Source: Folioceros fuciformis (Eukaryota). Taken from it: a stretch of 20,000 bases of DNA. The translations under genes were made by a program, and so were the position numbers. Each line of letters starts with the position of its first letter. The first letter of the stretch is position 1. Shown here piece after piece: positions 10,151 to 20,000 of the stretch. The notes under the pieces were generated by a model. It had not been told where the DNA came from. It did not search any database and saw only the letters and a program-made list of their open reading frames with translations. The stretch lies in the NCBI GenBank assembly GCA_049999805.1, contig JBNGIO010006150.1:155055-175054 (forward strand), given 5' to 3'.

Positions 10151-10414
10151 GTCCTGGAGACGAAAATGGATGCCAAAGGTCCCCATAAGCCTTCCAGATC
10201 AACAGTTCCTACGTCACCCCAGACTCAGTTCGGACAGAAGAAAAACTAGCGTCTATAGGAAGGACACAAGGTTAGGGATGGGCTGCAAATTGGCCGTCTA
10301 CTTGATCCAAGTATAACAGCCCTCACCATTTATAAAAGACCCATGTCACTTACAACACACCTCAAGTTTTGGATGAAGGCATTCCCTCCTTACAAAGACC
10401 ATAGCCCGCTTAGA

Positions 10415-10446
10415 TGCACAAACAGCACTTACGTGCTGCTTGTGCA
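10415..10446. repeat. 14-bp inverted repeat (1 mismatch, 4-nt loop) in the divergent MDP1/ARM intergenic region
   Basis: tgcacaaacagcac-ttac-gtgctgcttgtgca. Confidence 0.6.
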
Positions 10447-10923
10447 CCTTTGCAAAGAGCGCCCATGTACCAAAGTAAGGTAGTGGAGCCTATGGAGGAT
10501 GGAGGAGGAGGGGGCTGCAAAAGGGAGATTGTACCACTCTATCTATCGAGTATGTATGTAGGAGGAGTGAACAGGATTTAGATAACGTGACAGAAAAGTA
10601 AGCGTGAATGGACAACAGGAAAAGGGATGGTTAAGCCAAGCGGAGAATTAGGGAACGGCCCCGCGCGCCTCGCTTGCAGCCGGTTCTCCCGCCGCGCCTT
10701 CTCCCTCGCAAATTCACGACACTCGAAATTTGAGCGGCAAGCGAGACGAGGTGAGGCGAGGCGACTGTGGCCCGCTTTATCATTTCCAGCCTGCACAATG
10801 CAAGCCAGGCAATCGCTCGACCGCAATCTCACAATCTTGGTGCAACATCCCGGCAGTTGAGCAACATCCAGCACTCCCCCAATCCACCACACAGCATCGC
10901 GCCTTGAAGAAGTCTGGCGGAAC

Positions 10924-13900
10924 ATGGATGTGTCTTTGGATTGCTCTTGGAGCCACCGGGGACAGTCGGCAGATCTGGCCCCTCGCAGCCTGCTCGCGCT
11001 GCGGGGAGTGGCGGCCGCCACCAGGGACAATCGGGAGCAGTACCGGGCCAGCAGGATGTCCGGGATCGAATCCGCAGCCAGCATGTTTCTTCGATCCGGC
11101 AGCTTGGCATCCCCGGAAGCAGGCCCCGCTCCCGGCCTCCCCTACGACTCCAAGTGGGGCTATGCACCGCAGCACTGCTCCAGCTGCGACCTTGGAGCGG
11201 GCGATCTCCACAGCATGCTTAGGCCCGACGGGGAGCAGACCAGAGCAGGAGCGGACTCTTGGGGGGATGGAGGTGTAGGGTGCGGGAGCGGGGAGGCCGG
11301 GTTCACAGCCAAATTGCAAGCGCACGGGCAGGGTTTGCGGGAGGGGGAGGTGAATGGCGTCGTGGCGGGGCAGGATTTTCCAGCTCCCGGGAGCCGGGCC
11401 GCAGGCTACGGCACGTCGGCGCTGGTGCATGAGGCGGAGACGGCGAGATCATACACAGTCCAGGACCTGATCGCGGCGCTGCAAATGGGGGGGAGCAGGT
11501 CCAAGATGGAGGCGGCCATAACTGTCAGGTCGCTGGCGGCGTCGCACAACATGCATCAGGTGGCCTTCATCTCCGCTGGAGGGATCCGGCCTCTGGTGGA
11601 TTTGCTGAGCTACGAGGCCGGGGAGACGCACTGGCCTCCGGAAATGCGGGAGAAGGCCACCATAACTGTGCGGGCTGAGGCTGCCTTGGCGCTGGCAAGT
11701 CTGTCGGTGAGCAACGACGACAATAAGGGAGCAATTGGCGCCGCAGGGGCGATTCCTGTGTTGTGTGACCTAATTCAGTAAGCACGCCATCGCCCACATT
11801 GCTTTCTTGCTTTGCAGAGCGGAACAGAGGGGGAGGACTGATCATCCCAGACAACATTGTAATGAAGATGTAAGGGGGAAAAGAAAAGAAAGCACCAGTA
11901 GTGGAGAGGCAGGCCTGCACGAGTCTTTCGTCTCTCCAGTCCGTCCTAGTGTAACACTGAAGTATAAAACTCACTGATCTTCGCAAAGGTTCGATGAGGA
12001 AAGTTACAACGCAGCATTGGCAAGCTACCAGAAGCAGGAAATGGCACCTTTCTTGGTCCTGGCCAGAGATGCTGGCGCTGGGGCGCTCTCATGCCTGGCC
12101 AGGAACGAGAACAACAAGGAGGCTATCATCGCAGCCCAGGCTGTTCCTGCTCTTGTGCGCATGGTCGACCGGGGAACAAGCTTTGGCAGGTACCCACTTC
12201 CTCAGTCTTGTCACTGCTCGCTGCAGCATTTCCTATTTATATATTCCCTCAAGTGTGTTGATTCAGGGAGTTCGCGATTTGAGTACGCTGCTTTTCCGTC
12301 TCATAGCTAGCTCCTTGTTGCTTGTCCCCCCTCCCCATGGTGCAGGGCGGCTGCTGCCAATGTTCTCGCTAAACTGGCAACAGGAAGCAATGCTCAGAAC
12401 AAGTTGCTGCTGGGAAAGGAGGGTGCTATATCAGCTATCCTTAGGCTGTTGAAGGATGGGTCTCCCAAAGCTCGAGAAACTGGAGCTGAAGCTCTGTTTA
12501 ATCTGGCTATGCATCCGTGGAACAAGTCCAAGATTATACAGGAGGGGGGGATGGCTAGCCTGCTGAGAATGGTTGAAGGAGGGTCACAGCCAGAGAAAGA
12601 TGCCGCAACCGTAGCCTTGAAAATATTGCGATCTTCCGTGGGGGCTCCTGCCAATCCTCGGCCATTGACAGGGCCGAGGTGCAGCAGGCGCTCGGAAGGG
12701 ATCACTATGCGAGAAAATGAGCTCGAAACGTCGAAGTTTGACAGCATTCAGCAGAGCCGGGACCTTTTCAAAGACCTCAATGAACATCCACAGAGCAGCA
12801 CTGAAAAGAGTTGTGTCTCAAACTGTGGAGGAAGCATTTCGGTGCTCAAGGCGTTCAGTGGATTGGGTGCGACAACTCCGATGCAATCGGAGCTGACGTC
12901 GTCACTAGCGCCGCACCTAACTGGCCAGCCTTCCATGCAGGCAGACGCAGCCATCAATTTCACTAAAGCAGCCCCCCAAAGTGTGCAAAGCAGGAAGAAG
13001 CTGAAAACCTCGCACTCTGACGTTGGCGGAGGTTCGTGTAGAGTCGGTGACCAAGTTGCTGCAAAGGTAGAGTCTGTACAGATGCTCTATGCTGAAGATC
13101 GAGGGAATAGAATCTCGTCCAGCAGCTGCTGGGAGAGAAGTGGGCAGGTGTTTCAGGGCTCTACTCTTCAAGAGGCGCCACAAGCAAGGTTGAGGCCGTC
13201 TAGGCAAGGAGTAGATGGGGCAACTCAGCCTGTTGCTGGAGGAATATTTGCCCTTGTAAATGCTCTGTCGTCACTGAACCCAGGGGCTCAGGAATTTGCT
13301 GCGTTGGCCTTGATGCTGCTTGCCTCTCAAGGAGGCTACGAAGTTAAGACTGCTATAGCAGATGCAGGGGCGATTGAACCGCTAATTTTTATGGTTGGCA
13401 GCTCCAGTTCTCCTCTAATTAGGGAATCCGCTGCCGCAGCCATTGCGAAACTGGTTTCATGTCACCCAGGAAACAGAGCTGCAGTGGTTAGAGCGGGTGG
13501 GGTGAAGGCAATGGTGGACATGGCTAAGTGGTCGTCCACACTTGTTGATGGACCGTCTGGAGGTGGTAATTTGGGGGCGAGAACCCAAGCAGCAGCCATA
13601 GTCGCAGTGCTCAACATTTCAGAGGTCCTCGACAATCACAGCATGGGGATGGGTCTAAGGGACGCTCTACCATGCCTAGCACAGATGTTGGAGAGTGAAA
13701 ACGTGGACGAGATAACAGCTGGTGTTGCTGGCCTTCAAATACTAGGCGTTTCGCTAGGCATTGAACCAGCCCCCATAATGGAAAGGGAATGTGGGACAGA
13801 AGAAGACTGTTTTGAGTTCAAGAAGTTTGATTTTGTTGCAATCGAGATGGTCACCGCACTGCTAGATGTGATGAGGGGAAGCTCTGCGGAAGCAAAAGAG

Positions 13901-16220
13901 TCGGCCACGGAAGCTCTGGCAGGACTGGCAGCAAGACTTTCGAATGACGGGCCTGAGAATGGTGGGAGAATGCCCGAGACTTGGAGAAAGTATGGGATCG
14001 ATGCATTACTACTACTGCTGAGAAGGGCACCCCTTACAGCCTCTCTGAAGGAAATAGTTGCGGGAACGATAGCTTGCGTAGTGGCAAGCCCGGTTCTCTG
14101 TGTTTATTTGTGTGAGTCCGCGCTAGTTCCTGATCTTATGAGGTAACAATTGTCATCTGGCCCGGCGTCACGATTGGATCGTTGCGTCACATGGTCTTGG
14201 TTTGCTGTCGTACGGTAGTAAAAATTCTGACTACTCGAATCCATGCGCAGGCTTATACAGGAAGGACCCACGTTGGCGACTCGAATACTTGCAGCAGCGG
14301 CAGTTGCAAATTTGGGTAGCAGGAAAAAGACACTTGATGCGGTCTCCGATTCTGACATTGCTCTATTGTTGAGAATCATCGGAGGGCAGTTTGAACTACC
14401 TGAACCCACTGCCAATACAGGTGGAGTGGACGACGTCTGTTTCCTTCAGCCTTTCTCCAATTCAGAGACTCAACCATCCCTGAACAGTCAGTTCCAGCAA
14501 CGTTCTATGCCCCATATGCTCTTGTGCGAGCACGCATCGGCTATACTAGTCTATGCAGCTCTCTCGGGAGAGAACAGGAAGCAAGCAATGATTGAATTGG
14601 GAGCTGCTCCTATCCTCGTGAGAGTACTCCAAAGCTGTATTTCTACAGCAGAAAGCTGCCTGCACCCGACCTTCTTCCAAGGTGTGAGGCCGATAGTTCC
14701 TCAAGCAACTCAAGAGTTCGCCTTGATGGGGCTCATTTTGTTGGCTGACAAAAGTACAGAGACCATGGAGAAGATTGTAAAAGCTGGAGGCATTCCGGTG
14801 CTCGTGAGGTTACTGGGAGCGACTGGTGGCAGGGGCAAACTTGGTGCGAGCTGGAGTGAGGTAACATCCAGTCATGCTTCTCTGCTCTTGTTCCAAAGTC
14901 GTATTTGCTGATTGATCACTGTCCCCATCCTGGTGCATGCACATGTGCACAGATGGCAGCTGCAGCACTGTTGACAATGGCTGGTTGCGAGGCTGCCAGG
15001 GAAGAGATTATTAGCGTCGGGGGCATTTCGTCGTTGGTGCAGGTTCTGAAAGGCGAGGGGGGCTCATCGATTCTTTCCCTGACAGGATTGGCAGCGATGG
15101 CTCAGCTTTTGGGCGTGTTAGCGTTGAAGAGCCACGAGGCCAAGCTTCATATGGCAAAAGCTGGGGCTGTTAGGTGCTTGGTGGAGATCCTCGTCGGTGG
15201 GAATTGTCTTGCCTGGGCAGCAGACGGAGAATGCGGTCCAAGGGAAGGGCCCGGTTTACTAGCCTTGGCCCAGGAAGCGGCGGCTGCAGCTTTGGCCACT
15301 GTTGTCCTCGACTGCCCTGAAAATGCAGAGGCTGCAGTAGAAGCTGGTTCCATCGGACCCCTTGTACGCATGCTGGGAGTTCCATCTTCTCCTCCCAAAG
15401 CATCCGGAGGCATCCTTGAGCTAGCACCAGAGAGTGAACGCGGAGACAGTGGGGCGAGCTTGGCAAACACAGGAGTCGCCCAAGATACCACAGCTCTCAA
15501 AATTTTGTCGCCGCCAGACTCTGACAGACGACCACCGAAATTAACGACAGGCCACGACGACAACGTACGCGGAAGCAGAGTCGGGGGCTCCTTGGCAGCC
15601 ATGGCTGCTCTGGGCAACATGATATCTTGCTTGCCGCAGTGCAGGCGAGAAATTATAGACGCAGGAGGCTTGGCAAAGCTGATCGGCCTTTTACACTCCA
15701 AAGCCGGTGTGCTGTTAAAGGCTCAAGGTGACGGGGAAAGTATTGCGCATGCTCCGGAAGGTCAGATAACGTGTCCTACCAAGCTGCAAGAAAGTGCAGC
15801 GCTGGTCCTTGGATTGCTTGCGGAGGGTGACCCCAAAGTGCAGGAAACCATCGGATCGACGGGAGTTATTCCTACATTGATTGAGCTCTCAGCCATCTCG
15901 AAAAATGACGGTTTTGCTGCACGTAAGTTTGCGTGTCTGTCCATTTTCTTGTCCTTCACAGCTCTGCTCTGCATTTTGGATTGTCTGATTCACCACCAAG
16001 TGTACATCAGGAGCTCTGTTGAGAGTTGGCAAGGACCACGAACAGAACCACAAGAGGATCAAAGAGGCTGCCATGGTATGTATTCTTCACGTTTTAGCAC
16101 TTACGCCCAGAAACTTGTTGCATGGGGGAAAAACTCAAAAACGAACTTCGACTAATTTCAACCAACCCACTATCTTCAATGCAGAACCAAGGGTCACATG
16201 AGGTGAAAGGAATGGAGTGA
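10924..16220 (+). CDS. Large armadillo (ARM) repeat protein of about 1510 aa, 7 exons: join(10924..11777,11989..12189,12346..14142,14251..14860,14953..15922,16011..16075,16185..16220)
   Basis: Repeated ARM signatures include NKGAIGAAGAIPVLCDLI, NKEAIIAAQAVPALVRMV, NKLLLGKEGAISAILRLLKDGSPKARETGAEALFNLA, KTAIADAGAIEPLIFMV, KIVKAGGIPVLVRLL and QETIGSTGVIPTLIEL. Six GT..AG introns (211, 156, 108, 92, 88, 109 nt) preserve the frame, giving 4533 nt. Confidence 0.85.
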
Positions 16221-17132
16221 GCACTGCGTATCATGCCTGCTACAGTCGGCCACTTTGGGAGGTACATGCACCATACATACTTTCCGACCCCTCGGGGTTC
16301 GGATGTTACTAGATCAAATTCTGATGGCTCTAACGGCTTACATTGAACCAGGTCACTCGTGTATTGAATCGGCGGACCTGGAACGTATCCCAGAAATTTG
16401 CACCTCGTGAGGTCCGTTTCTGAGCATCGGTCCGTGTGCCCACTGCGACTTTTAGTACGACGGTGTTTTGAAGTGCTGCCAGTTCATGCTTTCCAGACGT
16501 GTTTCTTGCACCTGGTTATAGTCCAGGATTTCCAAATTTTGCAGGACCTCCAACAGGACGACTCTGCAGTGCAACAAGGCACCGACCGAGCTAGCATCGG
16601 ACGGGAATTTTGTAGGAAGGACACACAGCAGCCAAGCCATAGCATATCAGCCCACCCCTGCCAACCTCAGGGCCCAAATCTATCCTCCGTCACACAAGCT
16701 GCGACGGCAGACTGGTGCACCTAATGGCTGCATGAGAAATTGTGTGACTGCATCCTTGACACCTGAGACAAGAAGAGGCCAATACTCTCCCCACATCTCA
16801 GCCTTCGCAGTTTTCATTTCCTTCCAAGGACATGGCAGCTGGCCATTCTCGTTCTCTGATACCGGGACGGCTGCGTGCAATACTTGGAAAATGCATCGCT
16901 ATTATTTTTATAGCGTTCACTCACATCTCCAAACCATTCCGACAGCAAGACTCCCGGATGCGCTTCAAAAAACCCTTTTCACCCAGACGGAAAGATTCCA
17001 AGACGACAGATATGCAGAACCAAGCAATTGAAGGCAAGTTTTCACAAATGTATATTGGAGCAGGACCTCAGACCTAGGTAACACACTTGTGCATTGCTGC
17101 AACTCGTAGGGCCCGATGAGAGATTCTCAATG

Positions 17133-17745
17133 CGGCACTCAGCCTTGTTTCTTCATTTCAGAAAGAACTTGTTTCAAAAATTGCATGAATCTCTTCACTC
17201 TAGAGGGGTTATGTCATCTGCTTCCGTGGCCCAATTTCTTTCCTCTTTGCCTGCATCTTCTGTGCCTCGTTCCACATCTGGGCACTGGCACTGGTGTCTG
17301 TGTTTGACATCAAGGGATAAGCTACAAGATCTTTTCAATTCAGCTCACAGCTGAAGTGGCACCATGGAGTCCCAGCTCCAAAGCCGTGTGTGCCAAACTG
17401 ACTCATCAGCCAGTAAAAGCATTGCCCTCACCACAGCCAGTGTCGTGTTAAGCTGGCCAGCACGTCCCAGGGTGTCCACCATGCATGCCTAGAATTTTGC
17501 AGTCAGGGACATGTGTCTGTCTCTCATCGCCTCGAACTACTCTTGCCCCTCCTTCACTAGTCCCGCATGACTGCAGCCTGCAAGCGCAGCCAGGAAAGCC
17601 AAGCTGTCTAGCTGTCTTCCACATAGTTTCATTCTGTGCAGCAAGTGGAAAACCGTGTTCTGATCTCCTTGACGGGGGTATCCGTTGATTAGTGCAGTGC
17701 AGCCCACGATGTCACTTTCAGGGCAATGAATCAACTACCTGTTGT
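17133..17745 (-). pseudogene. Degenerate PLS-class PPR fragment (P2-L2-S2-E1-E2 plus the start of a DYW/E+ region)
   Basis: P2/L2 reads DIVGCTALINGYPRQG...DSLAFLAALAGCSHAGLVKEGQE*, with a stop where Tyr is expected. After a frameshift, S2 reads ACMVDTLGRAGQLNTT...ADESVWHT. An E2-like VAYPLMSNTDTSASAQMWNEAQKMQAKRKEIG follows, then SEEIHAI / LKQVLSEMKKQG*VP, with further stops and frameshifts. Confidence 0.8.
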
Positions 17746-18147
17746 GTATCAACCTGTCCTATCAGAGCTGGAAGCCTCACAGAAATTTGAGCGGATCACC
17801 TTGAGAACCGTGTATACTAATGTATACTAATCAAGGTTTACTTACGTCAGGAACACCGCGCTGAAGTTCCTTTCTTCTAGTCCTATTAGACTTCTTATCC
17901 GTCCTGGGGTCCATCCCTCCCGACGTGAGGGTCAGCGGCCATCGATGGAGTCAAATCGTGCTCTCCAGACCGTATCAATGACAATCGCATGTCGGTAGTG
18001 AAAACTCTAAACCACCACTAAACCCAAATCAAGCACACGCAAAAACCTTTACCTCCCAGGAGAGGGTTTCTCGACACGGGAGACCCCTACAACGATCACT
18101 TCAAGGGGAAGGAACTCTCGACGTGAAGGACCCGGATTCTAACTCCC

Positions 18148-19987
18148 TTATAGACCGATATCCTCAGGCAAAGCGGTCTCCAGAAGGTGCAAGCTGCGAA
18201 CACATAAAGGAGGCTTAAGCATAAGTATTACAAGGGAGAAAAATAAAAGAACCTGAGACACCGGAAGAAGGGTTGATCTCAGAAGGCGTGGAGGCAAGCA
18301 GGCAACCTGAAGGCCATCAGTGCCATCCCGACAAAGACAGCCGCAACTGCTTGGCGATGCCCTGCATACTCCAGAGCTAGGGGCATCATCTCATGTAAGG
18401 TGAGGAAGGCCATGATGCCACCGACTGTTTGATTCAGGACAGCCAGGACAACTGTCACAAAAAATGTATGGGATACATGATGTAACGTTGTTTGCAAATT
18501 ACAACTCATCACCCTCACCGGCTGCTAGTAGCCCCTCTAACACCTCAGGCGACAAGCTGCTTGGAAATAGCAACGCTGCACAAGTATTCGGGTGACGTAA
18601 GAACAAGCTCCGGCGCCCACCAGGCGTGACCAAGATGGACCTTTCAAAGACTTTTACCAACAATAACCACCCCAAGAGGTTCAGCAACGCCAGAGATTGC
18701 TGCCAGGCGGAAAGCTGTCCACTTGCTACAAAAAAATGACGGGGACACAACCACATGAGATAAGAAAAAATATGAAATCATTTCACGCGCTGTGACCTGT
18801 AACGTACCTTCGAGTAGCAAAATATACAGGGAGAGCAACGGCCACACCCTGTGCAATCCAAGGTCAGCAAATTCAGAAAGGCCCGCTGCCTAGTGCAAAC
18901 GACATAGTAGCCATGTTACAGTAAATATCCATCCGGTGACCCACAGCAACTCACCTCCGGAACATTGTGCAATGCAATAGCTAATGCCAAACTGACACCA
19001 ACCCGCAGACCCTACAGGGTACATGTCGGCTCTCATAAGTAACGAGAACAAGTGTGAACAGCACGACCAAAGGAAACTTGCCTGTCTACTACAAAATTCA
19101 ACACTCTTCTCCGGCGAGCTGCAGAACGTGGTGCACCTTGAGCGATCCAAGAAAAACAGCCATTCCTTCCGGGAAATTGTGAAGGCCGATACCTGGAAAA
19201 ATAGGATCAAGAACGTAGTGCAGCTGGACGGAGAAAAGGTACTAGGAAATGTTGTTGTGACAGACGATCACGGTCGAAAACAGTAGGGCAGTACGATACC
19301 AATGGCTGTGACGATGCCACTGAAGTAAACTTGTCTCCTTCGCTTATTCATCTCAAGGATTTCTTTGTTGTCCGTTTTCTTGCCGCCATTACTTTCCTGT
19401 GTGTGTCGGATAAGAGAATGTGCAGTCACTAAGTCACCCGGAACGATATTGGTCCTAGACATTCCCGACGACCTTCACCAAAAAGCATATTTAGATCAAG
19501 ACCTTAAATTTCAACACGGCGCTTTAGCGTGGGAATAACAAGAACTACCTTCACCCGCTTGACCGCTGCGGAAGCCGGAACAAAGGAGGGGTCCGGAATA
19601 AGAGCAACAACCCCTGCAAAGAATATCACTCCCGCAAAGAACTGCATCCTTCACAAAAAATTGCACAAAGCACGACCATCAACATAGCACGGATAGGCTG
19701 GAACTAGGTTCTGTGGATGGAAACATCCACAGTGCAACACTACTACTAGCCGATGTGAAGAAAAAACGCCGGCTTGCTCACATGGAGAAGAAAACGCTTT
19801 CCAAAGGCAGTGGAACATCGGTATCTCAACAGCCAGACGATGGCCTCTACGCAGGAGCTGCAAAAGAGCGAAGGAAACGAGAAGGGCGCCTCACCCAAAC
19901 ATTGGCTCGCCCAAACCCGATTGCATTGATAGCATTGTGCATGAGATCGTTGAAGGACAGCGTGAGCATCAACCCAGCTGCCAAGCC
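18148..19987 (-). CDS. ZTP29: ZIP-family (ZupT/GufA-type) zinc transporter, ZTP29-like, with the 5' end outside the window: complement(join(18148..18193,18307..18424,18519..18575,18658..18725,18808..18848,18955..19011,19137..19192,19300..19396,19549..19641,19895..19987))
   Basis: The spliced product reads GLAAGLMLTLSFNDLMHNAINAIGFGRANVWFFAGVIFF...RRQVYFSGIVTAIGIGLHNFPEGMAVFLGSLKGLRVGVSLALAIALHNVPEGVAVALPVYFATRSKWTAFRLAAISGVAEPLGVVIV...GGIMAFLTLHEMMPLALEYAG...SLHLLETALPEDIGL*. It has twin HNxPE metal-binding motifs, and all nine introns are GT..AG and phase-consistent. Confidence 0.93.
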
Positions 19988-20000
19988 CTGAGCAGAAGCA

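Noticed and set aside
11818-11869. Possible extra ARM mini-exon (tttgcag|...gat|gtaagg)
   Set aside because: It would need a 40-nt intron and would break the frame with the next exon; the direct 11777-11989 splice is frame-consistent.
16398-17090. Short ORFs between the ARM gene and the PPR pseudogene
   Set aside because: They show no recognisable homology, no HxE/CxxC continuation of the pseudogene's DYW region and no consistent exon chain.
17811-17831. Tandem 10-bp duplication tgtatactaa x2
   Set aside because: It is too short to distinguish a transposon footprint from replication slippage.
1-20000. CRISPR arrays, tRNA/rRNA genes, transposase or reverse transcriptase ORFs, prokaryotic operons
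   Set aside because: None were seen; the window is spliced eukaryotic nuclear DNA.

Overview
Gene-dense, short-intron (about 75-250 nt, GT..AG) land-plant nuclear DNA. It is most likely from a hornwort (Anthoceros-like), inferred from a DYW:KP/'DRH'-type PPR gene and the compact gene structure. In order, the window holds: the first coding exon of an MS1/MMD1-like PHD-finger gene (-); an intronless PLS-E1-E2-DYW PPR gene whose deaminase-like domain is the KPAxA/HAE/DRH variant linked to reverse U-to-C organellar RNA editing (+); a 4-exon uncharacterised protein of about 913 aa (+); a 4-exon magnesium-dependent phosphatase 1 with an N-terminal extension (-); a 7-exon armadillo-repeat protein of about 1510 aa (+); a decayed PLS-E+ PPR pseudogene (-); and the last 10 exons of a ZTP29-like ZIP zinc transporter (-). 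The most notable element is the candidate U-to-C editing factor, for which a partial target sequence can be read from the PPR code. Exon models were built by hand from splice signals and frame continuity; no database searches were run.
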